From: an uncultured Candidatus Binatia bacterium
GTDB taxonomy: Bacteria > Desulfobacterota > Binatia > UBA9968 > JAJDTQ01
Assembly: GCA_965215605.1 (NCBI GenBank)
Contig: OZ244070.1
Span: forward strand, 3,168,001-3,232,000
DNA: 64,000 bases
Direction: 5' to 3'
Shown here in pieces: positions 23,228 to 31,498 of the stretch; positions within the stretch are counted from its first letter, which is position 1; each line of letters starts with the position of its first letter. Below the pieces are notes generated by a model. That model was not told where the DNA came from, did not search any database, and worked only from the letters and a program-made list of their open reading frames with translations. The position numbers and the translations under genes are program-made.

Positions 23228-24802
23228 TTACCGGCCGGTGCGGGCCAGCGAGTGCACCCAGCCCTGCATCCGGGACTTCGCGTTTGCGATATCCTTGTCA
23301 CTGAAGAAGTTGTTGAGGTCCACCTTCTCCACCGCGTAGACCGGGCGGAGGAAGTCGCTCTCGTAGCCGAAGGGCACGGTGGCATCGATGCCCATGCCGC
23401 CTTCGAACACGGTGTTGGAAGCCGTCCACTGCTGGTCGCCGGCGGTCATGCGCTCGGCCGGCATGAAGGTCTGGCCGCGCCCGCCGGGAATCGGGTTCAG
23501 GATGTCCGTCCTGGGATTCACCCGGGTGGTGAGACACCACATGATGTCGTCCATGTCGTAGATGTCGGTGTCCTCGCTGGCGGCCACGACCAGTCGGGAT
23601 CCCTGGGAGGTGGACAGGATGGCCGACATGAAGTTGCGCTGCCAGCCCTCCTCGATGCGGTTGCGCTTCTTCACCTGGATGATGGCGCCGCCCCAGTCGG
23701 TCATGCAGTAGGGGATGTTGACGTCCTGGATGATGCCGGGCTGCATGCGCTCGCACAGGAGGTACATGCAGGCCTCGCGCACGGTGGTGTCGATGTTGTG
23801 GTCGTCCAGGGTATGCACGCCCAGCGGGAAGATGATGGGCTTGCCCTCGCGCTTGCGCGTGGTCACCGCGGTGACGTGGAAGGTGGGCGCCTTGTAGGCC
23901 TTGCCCATGTAGCCGGCCCATTCCGGATGGAAGTGGAAACGGCCCTGGATGTCCGCCTTCTCGGACTCCTCGGTCTCGTAGCGGCGGTCGCGCGGGTTGA
24001 CGTAACCCTCCAGCACCACCTCGCAGTCGGCCAGCGCCAGGGCGTCCACGGTTTTGGCCTTGACCACCCGCACCGGCGCGCCCTGCACCGCGCCGGCCAC
24101 GCCCAGCTCGTCGCAGCCCTGGGGCAGCACCACGTAGTCGAAGCCGGCGCCCGCCAGCAGCGTGCAGGAAGGCGGAACCCCGAAGCACATGGTGATGGGA
24201 ACGGGCTTGTCTTCCTTGTAGTACTTGGACACCACCTGCCACATGTGCGATCCGGGCGAGATCTGGAAGGTGGCCACGTTGCCCCAGCGAAAATTCATGC
24301 GGTTGTAGCCGAGGTCGGTCCCGCCGTCGAAATGCTCGCCGGAGATGAGCCGGTTGCCCGAGCCCACGGTCAGTTCCGGCTCGTACTCGGTATGCCGGAT
24401 GGGCAGCATGTACTCGTTGACGTCCTTGGGGTCCTTGATGATCTCCTCGTGGACCGGCGCCTCCTCGGAGCTCACCTCCACCGGCGGAATCTGGTTCTTG
24501 ATGGCGTCGGCGAGCTTGTGGGTGCGGTCGGTGTGGCTCTCCCACCCGAACATCTTGTTGATGACGCCCATGTCGCCGAACAGGTTGGTCACCGCCCGGT
24601 GATAGGGCTTGTCCTTGACGTTGTTGAACAGGATCGGACAGCCGCCGTCGAGGTTCTTCTGGATCGCGGTGATCTCCAGGTCGGGATCGACCTCCTTGTC
24701 GGTCTCGATCAGGTCGCCTTCGGACTTGAGCCACTCCAGCGCATTGCGCAGATCGTGGATCTGCTCCGCCGGGGCCCCGAGTTTCTTTGCTGCTTTGGCC
24801 AT
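23228..24802 (-). CDS. UbiD-family prFMN-dependent decarboxylase, phthaloyl-CoA decarboxylase-like clade
   Basis: UbiD fold motifs (TNLFG, GYNRM, VLEG, TTRVNP, MGIDATVP). QGRFHFHPEWAGYMG replaces the usual EGPFGE and the C-terminus is SLARTGR, as I recall for Thauera/Azoarcus phthaloyl-CoA decarboxylase. Confidence 0.9.
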   Translation of the reverse strand: MAKAAKKLGAPAEQIHDLRNALEWLKSEGDLIETDKEVDPDLEITAIQKNLDGGCPILFNNVKDKPYHRAVTNLFGDMGVINKMFGWESHTDRTHKLADAIKNQIPPVEVSSEEAPVHEEIIKDPKDVNEYMLPIRHTEYEPELTVGSGNRLISGEHFDGGTDLGYNRMNFRWGNVATFQISPGSHMWQVVSKYYKEDKPVPITMCFGVPPSCTLLAGAGFDYVVLPQGCDELGVAGAVQGAPVRVVKAKTVDALALADCEVVLEGYVNPRDRRYETEESEKADIQGRFHFHPEWAGYMGKAYKAPTFHVTAVTTRKREGKPIIFPLGVHTLDDHNIDTTVREACMYLLCERMQPGIIQDVNIPYCMTDWGGAIIQVKKRNRIEEGWQRNFMSAILSTSQGSRLVVAASEDTDIYDMDDIMWCLTTRVNPRTDILNPIPGGRGQTFMPAERMTAGDQQWTASNTVFEGGMGIDATVPFGYESDFLRPVYAVEKVDLNNFFSDKDIANAKSRMQGWVHSLARTGR

Positions 24803-24972
24803 TTGCTACTCCTCTTGTGTGGTATTGCGGTGGTATTGCGGCCAACGGTTGCCGCTCCCTGTCCGATGGCTGCCCCCCCGGTCGTCACCGTCGCTTGCCG
24901 ATGACGGCAAACGCTTCCTCAACACTACAAAGGAACTCGTCGGACAGGGTGATGCACTCACGAACGGAGTGC
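24803..24972 (-). promoter_or_regulatory. Structured 5' leader of the UbiD gene (candidate cis-regulatory RNA)
   Basis: Perfect 10-bp long-range stem (24857-24866 with 24940-24949) enclosing three hairpins, plus a 5' GCACTC/GAGTGC hairpin. Confidence 0.5.
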
Positions 24973-24976
24973 CACC

Positions 24977-25005
24977 ACAGTAGCCAAAGGAATTGGCCGT
25001 GTCAA
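24977..25005 (-). promoter_or_regulatory. Sigma70-type promoter for the UbiD gene
   Basis: Minus strand TTGACA-17 nt-TACTGT. Confidence 0.65.
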
Positions 25006-25046
25006 CCTTTGGACGTCAAGAAAGGGCGGTTGGCGTCCTGCTTCAC
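25002..25046 (-). pseudogene. Remnant 5' end of a third MFS paralogue
   Basis: VKQDANRPFL mirrors VRQDAKRPFF at 26320, with the same GTGA overlap on the preceding stop, then stops after 14 codons. Confidence 0.6.
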
Positions 25047-26320
25047 CGTGTCTCGCGGCCGGAACGCCGTTTCCACGTCATGCTCATCTGGATGCTCACG
25101 TAGGCCAGCGTATACGACAGCAGTCCCAGCATCCAGGCGTACCGGTACGAGCCCATGACGTCGTAGGCGAACCCGCCGAACCAGGGTCCGATCGTGATCC
25201 CGATACCGAAGAAGATTTCCAGGAAACCGATGATGGTTGCGACGTGCTTTCCCCAGAAAATGTCCGTGAGGGTGGCGCCGAACGTGGGGTTGGCGGCGCT
25301 GTGGCCGACGCCGTAGAGGACCGCGAATGCCACGAACCACCATCCGGAGGACCCGGCGCCCGAGGCCAAGAGCAGTCCGATGCCGCCGAGGGCCATGACA
25401 GTGGCGATGCCATAGGCACGGTCACGCCCCAGGCGGTCCGAGGCGAAACCCCAGAAAGGCGTTCCGGGAATCCGCACGAACCCCGCCAGGGCGAAGACCG
25501 TGGCGGCGGCGAGCTTGTCCAGCCCGACATGGACCAGGTGGGCGACGGTGTGGGTGTTCATGAGCGACAGGCCCATTCCGGCCGCCAGGTGGCCCAGGGC
25601 CATGGACCAGAAAGGGAACGAGCGCAGCGCCGTCGCCGGAGTCCAGTCGCGGCGGTCCGGTTGCTCTCCGCCGGGGCTCCTCGAAGCCGGGTGGGCCTCA
25701 GCGGTTGCCGCGCCGTCCGGGAGCTGCCCGATATCCTCGGGCCGCCGTCGCTGGAGCAGCGCGTTCAGCGGCACCTGCGACGCCAGCACGGCGGTCCCCA
25801 GCAGCACCATCGCGGCGCGCCAGCCGTGGCGGGTGACGAGGAACTGCACGCCGGGCACCAGCAGCGTGCCGACGCCTAGGCCCATGGCGGCGAAACCGAT
25901 GGCGGTGGCCCGGCGCCGGCGGAACCAGTGGGATAGCAGGGTGGTGGTGCCGACGAAATCGAGGCAGATGACCCCAACGCCTGCCATGAGTCCGTACCAG
26001 AGGTAGAATTGCCAGAGCGACGTGCTGTTTCCCGACAGTACGAGTCCGCCGCCGATCAAGAACCCGCCGAGGGGCATGATAATGCGCGGCCCCAACCTGT
26101 CGTAGGCCCATCCCACCAGCGGCGCCACCGCGATCACCGCGATACCGTTAACGGAGGCAATGGCGGCGGTGGCGGCCCGGGACCACGGAAACGCCTCCAG
26201 CAGCGCGACGTTGAAGACCCCGAACGACGCCCAGAGGCCCCCCACCAGCACCAGGTTCATGAAGCAGAGGGCGACGATGACGTAGCCGTAAAAGAAAGGG
26301 CGCTTGGCGTCCTGTCTCAC
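25043..26320 (-). CDS. MFS transporter (OFA/MCT-like), tandem copy 2
   Basis: FFYGYVIV, GWAYDRLGPR motif A, WFRRRR, SDRLGR; multi-TM. Confidence 0.93.
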   Translation of the reverse strand: MRQDAKRPFFYGYVIVALCFMNLVLVGGLWASFGVFNVALLEAFPWSRAATAAIASVNGIAVIAVAPLVGWAYDRLGPRIIMPLGGFLIGGGLVLSGNSTSLWQFYLWYGLMAGVGVICLDFVGTTTLLSHWFRRRRATAIGFAAMGLGVGTLLVPGVQFLVTRHGWRAAMVLLGTAVLASQVPLNALLQRRRPEDIGQLPDGAATAEAHPASRSPGGEQPDRRDWTPATALRSFPFWSMALGHLAAGMGLSLMNTHTVAHLVHVGLDKLAAATVFALAGFVRIPGTPFWGFASDRLGRDRAYGIATVMALGGIGLLLASGAGSSGWWFVAFAVLYGVGHSAANPTFGATLTDIFWGKHVATIIGFLEIFFGIGITIGPWFGGFAYDVMGSYRYAWMLGLLSYTLAYVSIQMSMTWKRRSGRETR

Positions 26321-27594
26321 CGCGTCTCGTGGCCGGACCGCCGCTTCCACACCATGCATGCCTGGATGCTCAGGTAGGCCGCCGTGAAGGACGCGATTCC
26401 CACGACCCAGGCGTACTGGTAGGAGCCGTAGAGGTCATAGGCGAATCCGCCGAACGCCGACCCGAAAGCCACGCCCAGGCCGAAGGTGACCTCCAGCCAC
26501 CCGAGGATCTTGCCGACGTTCCTGCCGCCGAAGATGTCCGTGATGGTGGAGCCGAAGGTGGGGTTGCCGGCGCTGTGGCCGACGCCGTAGAGGATGGCGA
26601 ACGCCACGAACCACCAGGCCGGCGCCTCGGGGCCGAGGAGCATGAGCATGCCGATGCCCCCCAGTGTGAAAAGGGTGCCGAGACGGTAGGCGTGGTCCCG
26701 CCCAAGGCGGTCCGAGGCAAACCCCCAGATGGCCGTACCCGGAATCCGCGCCACCCCGACGAGACTGAACGCGTTGGCGGCCGACTGCTTCGCCAGCCCG
26801 GCATGGACCAGGTGCGCGACCGCGTAGGTGTACATCAGCGAAAGGCCGGTGCCGAGGGCCAGGTGCCCCATGGCGATGGCCCAGAACGGGAACGACCTGA
26901 AGGCTTCTCCGAGCGTCCAGTCTCGACGGGAATCGGGCGGTTCCGGGTGAGACGCCTCGACCACCGGAGTGATATCGGCGTCATCCGCGGAGCCGCCGTC
27001 CGGAAGTTGTCCGATGTCCTCGGGCCGGCGTCTTTGGAACGCGGCATTCAAGGGCGCCAGGGTCGCCAGCACGACGGCCCCGAGGAACGCGATGGCGGCG
27101 CGCCAGCCGTAGGCGGTGATCAGAGCCTGCACCACGGGCACCATGAGGATGCCGAACCCCAGTCCCATGGTGGCGAAACCCAGGGCCGTCCCCCGCCGCC
27201 GGCGGAACCAGTGGGATATCAGGGCGGTGCTGCTGACGAAGCCTATGCAGCCGATGCCGAGGCCCACCAGCAGGCCGTAGGAGAGGTAGAAGTGCCAGAG
27301 GGACGTGCCGGCCCCCGACAGCAGCAGGCCGCAGCCGATGAGGAGGGCTCCGATGGGCATCAGGATGCGCGGTCCGAGACGGTCGTAGGCCCAGCCCACC
27401 AGCGGCGACGAAGCGCTGTAGAAAAAGCCGTTCACCGAGGCGATGGAGCCGGTGACCGCGCGAGACCACGGAAACGTTTCCTGCAACGCGATGTAGAAGA
27501 CGCTGTAGGAGGCCAGGATTCCCCGCATCAGCACCATGTTGAGGAAACAGAGGGCGACGATGACGTAGCCGTAGAAGAAGGGGCGGCGAGCCAT
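26317..27594 (-). CDS. MFS transporter (OFA/MCT-like), tandem copy 1
   Basis: Same motifs as the adjacent paralogue; colinear over the full length. Confidence 0.93.
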   Translation of the reverse strand: MARRPFFYGYVIVALCFLNMVLMRGILASYSVFYIALQETFPWSRAVTGSIASVNGFFYSASSPLVGWAYDRLGPRILMPIGALLIGCGLLLSGAGTSLWHFYLSYGLLVGLGIGCIGFVSSTALISHWFRRRRGTALGFATMGLGFGILMVPVVQALITAYGWRAAIAFLGAVVLATLAPLNAAFQRRRPEDIGQLPDGGSADDADITPVVEASHPEPPDSRRDWTLGEAFRSFPFWAIAMGHLALGTGLSLMYTYAVAHLVHAGLAKQSAANAFSLVGVARIPGTAIWGFASDRLGRDHAYRLGTLFTLGGIGMLMLLGPEAPAWWFVAFAILYGVGHSAGNPTFGSTITDIFGGRNVGKILGWLEVTFGLGVAFGSAFGGFAYDLYGSYQYAWVVGIASFTAAYLSIQACMVWKRRSGHETR

Positions 27595-27599
27595 GGGAC

Positions 27600-28532
27600 T
27601 CAGCTCTGGATGGCCGGCAGGGCCTCTTCGGCGAACCGTTGCATTTGCTCGAGGCGGTCGGGCCAGCGCGGCACCATGAACTGGAGCGCCAGGTGTTCCA
27701 CTCCCGCGGCGCGGTAGCGCGCGATGGCCTCCACGAGTTGGGCGGGGGTGCCGGCCAGACGGTCCGGCTCCTGCGTCACCGGTTCCCGCGTGACCTCGAT
27801 GGGAAGGCAGCAGTTGAGCCGCAGGCTCTCCGGTGAACGCCCGGCTTCTTCGGCGTGTCGCCGGGCGTTGTCGAACCGCGACGCCAACTCATCGGGTCCG
27901 ACGCGCACGAAGTAGGGGAACCACGCGTCGCCGTAGCGTCCGGCGCGCCGCTGGGCCCGGCGTCCTTCGCCGCCGATCCAGACCGGGATGCCCTCGGGCC
28001 GGCGGGATTTGGGCAGGAAACTGATGTCGTCGAACCGGTAGAACTCGCCGGCAAAGCTCGAATGCTCGGTGCCCAGGACTTCTCTCAGCACCTCGATCTG
28101 CTCGTCGGTCCTGCGGCCCCGGTCCCGGAAGGGCGCCTGCAGCGCCCGGAACTCCTCTTCCATCCACCCCACGCCCACGCCGAGAATGAAACGGCCCTCG
28201 GACAGGTGGTCGAGGGTGGCGGCGATCTTGCCCCAGACCAGCGGCTGACGGTAGGGCAGCACCAGCACGCTGATGCCCAGCTCGACGCGGCTGGTGCACG
28301 CTGCCAGGAACGTCAGGCAGGTGAGGGAATCCAGGAAGGGGCGGTCCGGCGGCACGATGAATGCGCCCTCGCTGGCGTAGGGGTAGGGCGTGTCGATGCG
28401 CCAGGGGATGATGATGCGGTCCGCCGCCCAGATGGAGTCGAAGCCCCAAGCCTCGGCGCTCCGGGCCGCCTGACGCAAGGTCTCGGCAGTGGCTGCGCGT
28501 CCAGAAATGGGCAGGAAGACTCCGGTTTTCGT
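27600..28532 (-). CDS. LLM class (probably F420-dependent) oxidoreductase; natural start appears to be ACG
   Basis: KTGVFLP N-terminal strand, GFDSIWAAD, LDHLSEGRFILGVGVGW..EF, PVWIGG; first canonical start (TTG 28478) lies inside the fold. Confidence 0.85.
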   Translation of the reverse strand, partial: TKTGVFLPISGRAATAETLRQAARSAEAWGFDSIWAADRIIIPWRIDTPYPYASEGAFIVPPDRPFLDSLTCLTFLAACTSRVELGISVLVLPYRQPLVWGKIAATLDHLSEGRFILGVGVGWMEEEFRALQAPFRDRGRRTDEQIEVLREVLGTEHSSFAGEFYRFDDISFLPKSRRPEGIPVWIGGEGRRAQRRAGRYGDAWFPYFVRVGPDELASRFDNARRHAEEAGRSPESLRLNCCLPIEVTREPVTQEPDRLAGTPAQLVEAIARYRAAGVEHLALQFMVPRWPDRLEQMQRFAEEALPAIQS

Positions 28533-28794
28533 GGTGCGGCTCCGTTCGAAGGGAATGCGGTCGGTGTCTGCACTACTAGCCGAACAGCGGCGGGAGTGTC
28601 AAATCAGCAAGGCGTCGCACACGGGACTGTTCGAGAGGCCGGGAAGGACGGAGAGGGGTGCGGCTCTGTTTCATTCCACGGGGCGCCTCAAACCGGGACA
28701 TGCGCGTTTGAATGGACCGGCCAAGGTTGACGCAGGTGGTTCAAAGCGGCTATGGCTTTGCACGAACAACATTCACCGAGGGGAGAACACTTAT

Positions 28795-30564
28795 ATGGCA
28801 AAGGCCGGCAGGGCGGAGAAGAAGCAGGCGGAGTACGGCTCGGACGTGGTCGTCGACATGCTGAAGGCGTTCGACATCGAATACACGGCCTTCAACCCGG
28901 GAGCGAGCTTCCGCGGCATCCATGATTCCATCGTGAACTACGGTGGCAACCACCACCCGGAGGTGATCTTCTGCTGCCACGAGGAAATCTCGGTGGCCAT
29001 CTCCCACGGTTACGCCAAGGCCACGGGCAAGCCCATGGTGGCGATCCTGCACGACATCGTGGGCCTGCAGCACGGCAGCATGGGGATCTTCAACGCCTGG
29101 TGCGACCGCGTCCCGGTGATCTGCCTGGGCGGCACCGGCCCGGTGGACACCACCATCCGCCGCCCCTGGATCGACTGGATCCACACCGCGCTGACGCAGG
29201 GCAACCAGGTGCGGGACTACACCAAGTGGGACGACCAGCCGGCCACGCTGGAGAGCATTCCGGAGTCCTTCATCCGTGGCTACCGGCTCGCCGTCACGGA
29301 GCCCACGGCGCCCGTGTACATCAACTACGATGCCGGCCTGCAGGAAATGGCCATGTCCAGGCAGATCGAGATTCCCGACGTGAGCCGGTTCGCGCCCCAG
29401 GCGCCGGTGCAGGGGAATCCGGAGGCCATGCGCCGGGCGGCCGAGTTGCTGGTGGACGCCAAGGCTCCCCTCATCGTCGCGGACTTCATGGGCCGCAAGC
29501 CGGCGGCGGTGGCGGCCCTGGCCGAGTTGGCCGAGTTGCTGGCGATCCCCGTCATCGACAAGGGCAACCGGCACAACATCGCCAACACCCATCCGCTGGA
29601 CGTGACCAACGTCTCCGGCGATTTCCTGAAGAAGGCGGACGTCGTGCTGGGGCTGGACGTCCAGGACCTCTACGGCTCGCTGACCACCGTGGACCGCACC
29701 ACCCGGGAGATGGGCTACGTCATCCAGCCCGGAGCCAAGATCATTCACATCAACCTGAACGACATGCTGGTGCACAGTTGGGCCACGGACGTCCAGCCGC
29801 TGCAGCCGGTGGACGTTCCCATCAGCGCCGACACTGCCATCGCCCTACCGGAGCTCACGCGGCTGTGCCGCGAGTTGATGGGCTCGGACAGGTCCGGCAT
29901 CGAGGCCCGGGCCAGGGAAGTGAAGGCCGTGCACGACGCGGCCCGCGCCCGCTGGCAGGAGGAGGCGCGGCAGACCCTCACCCGCAACGACATCTCCACC
30001 GCCTGCCTCGGCTACGAGATCGGCGAGGCGATCAAGAACGAGGACTGGGTGCTGGCCAACGGCAGCGCCAACGGGTGGGCCAGGAAGCTGTGGGACTGGA
30101 CCAAGCCGGGACAGTACCTGGGGCGCAGCGGCGGCGCCGGCGTGGGCTACGGCATGAGCGCCGCCATCGGCGTGGCCCTGGGGCACATGAACACGGACAA
30201 GTTCTGCGTCGACATCCAGTCGGACGGCGACCTGCTGATGACCTCCAGCGCGTTGTGGACCGCGGCGCACCACAAGATCCCGCTGCTGATCGTCATCCAC
30301 AACAACCAGTCCTTCTACAACTCGGAAGAGCACGGCATCAAGCTCGCCGAGTTCCGCAACCGCCCGGTGGAGAACGCGGGCATCGGCACCCACGTCAGCG
30401 ATCCGCCGGTGGATTACGCCAAAATGGCCGAGTGCTTCGGGGTCTGGGGCGAAGGGCCGATCCGCACGCCGGCGGAGCTGGGCCCGGCGCTGGAACGGGC
30501 CTGCAAGGTGGTGAAGGAGCAAAGGCTGCCGGCCGTGCTGGACGTGGTTTCCGACCCGCGTTGA
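28795..30564 (+). CDS. Thiamine-diphosphate-dependent enzyme (acetolactate synthase/benzoylformate decarboxylase-like family)
   Basis: NPGASFRGIHDS, CHEE catalytic Glu, SDGD...HNN ThDP motif; RBS GGGGAG. Confidence 0.93.
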   Translation: MAKAGRAEKKQAEYGSDVVVDMLKAFDIEYTAFNPGASFRGIHDSIVNYGGNHHPEVIFCCHEEISVAISHGYAKATGKPMVAILHDIVGLQHGSMGIFNAWCDRVPVICLGGTGPVDTTIRRPWIDWIHTALTQGNQVRDYTKWDDQPATLESIPESFIRGYRLAVTEPTAPVYINYDAGLQEMAMSRQIEIPDVSRFAPQAPVQGNPEAMRRAAELLVDAKAPLIVADFMGRKPAAVAALAELAELLAIPVIDKGNRHNIANTHPLDVTNVSGDFLKKADVVLGLDVQDLYGSLTTVDRTTREMGYVIQPGAKIIHINLNDMLVHSWATDVQPLQPVDVPISADTAIALPELTRLCRELMGSDRSGIEARAREVKAVHDAARARWQEEARQTLTRNDISTACLGYEIGEAIKNEDWVLANGSANGWARKLWDWTKPGQYLGRSGGAGVGYGMSAAIGVALGHMNTDKFCVDIQSDGDLLMTSSALWTAAHHKIPLLIVIHNNQSFYNSEEHGIKLAEFRNRPVENAGIGTHVSDPPVDYAKMAECFGVWGEGPIRTPAELGPALERACKVVKEQRLPAVLDVVSDPR

Positions 30565-30631
30565 GCGGTGCCGCGACCCGGAACGGCGGATCGCCCGCGG
30601 AGGAGGGCCGCGGGCCGACTCTGGAGGTGAA

Positions 30632-31462
30632 ATGGACGGGAGCGCCCAATACCTTGCCTTTGCCGAAGCGGTTTCCGAGCCCGACATGGACCTGGCCCGG
30701 GTGGCCCTGACCATCGCCGCGCCGGAGTATCCCGAGCTGGATGTCGAGGCGTACCTCGCCCGACTCGACCGGATGGCGGAGCGGGTTAGCGATGCCGCCG
30801 GCGCCGAGCAAGGCGCCTATCGGCGGCTCGCGTGCATCGAATACGTGCTGTTCAAACAGGAAGGCTACCGCGGTAACGACGAGGACTATTACGATCCCGA
30901 GAACAGCTTCCTGAACCGGGTCATGGACCGCAAGAGCGGCATCCCCATCACCCTGTCGGTGCTTTACATGGAGGTGGCCCGGCGGGCAGGTCTGGAGGCC
31001 GGAGGCGTGGGCTTCCCGGGTCATTTCCTGGTCAAGACGGCCTGCGAAGGTCAGGAGGTCTTCATCGATCCCTTCAACGGCGGCCGCATCCTGTCGGCGC
31101 CGGACTTTCAGGGGTTGCTGGACAAGCTCTACGGCGGCCGGCTGGCAGTCCAGCCCGAGTACCTTTCCCCGGTGTCCAACAGACAGATCGTTCAGCGAAT
31201 GCTGAACAACATAAAGCTGATCTACGCCAACCGCCAGGATCTGAAGCGATGCCTCCGGGTCGTGGAGCAACTCGTGATCCTGAACCCGCGCGACCCCGAT
31301 CAGGTCCGTGACCGTGGCCTGTTACGGTTGCGGCTGGAGGATGGCGCCGGCGCGCTGACGGATCTGGAGAGGTATCTGGAGCTGGCGCCGGATTCCGACG
31401 GCGCCGCCACGGTGCGGGAACAGATCGAGAAGATCCGGAAGCACTCCCGCGCGCTTCACTGA
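30632..31462 (+). CDS. SirB1/YchA-like transglutaminase-like protein with TPR
   Basis: YYDPENSFLNRV...GIPITLS, GVGFPGHFLV, DPF, RDRGL. Confidence 0.92.
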   Translation: MDGSAQYLAFAEAVSEPDMDLARVALTIAAPEYPELDVEAYLARLDRMAERVSDAAGAEQGAYRRLACIEYVLFKQEGYRGNDEDYYDPENSFLNRVMDRKSGIPITLSVLYMEVARRAGLEAGGVGFPGHFLVKTACEGQEVFIDPFNGGRILSAPDFQGLLDKLYGGRLAVQPEYLSPVSNRQIVQRMLNNIKLIYANRQDLKRCLRVVEQLVILNPRDPDQVRDRGLLRLRLEDGAGALTDLERYLELAPDSDGAATVREQIEKIRKHSRALH

Positions 31463-31464
31463 GA

Positions 31465-31487
31465 GCGGCGGATTGCAAACCCGCCGC
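31465..31487. terminator. Hairpin between convergent genes (probable terminator)
   Basis: GCGGCGG-N9-CCGCCGC between two convergent stop codons. Confidence 0.5.
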
Positions 31488-31498
31488 CCTTCCTTGTT

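Noticed and set aside
21404-24904. 1166-aa plus-strand ORF (likewise 5193-7511, 11869-14487, 31808-34375, 42495-44834, 50470-53256)
   Set aside because: Antisense or alternate-frame shadows of well-supported genes; long stop-free frames are expected at this GC and they carry no motifs.
28560-28605. GGTGTCT...CTAG as another MITE copy, and TTGACA as the LLM promoter
   Set aside because: The match to the repeat is too short and misordered, and there is no convincing -10 at proper spacing.
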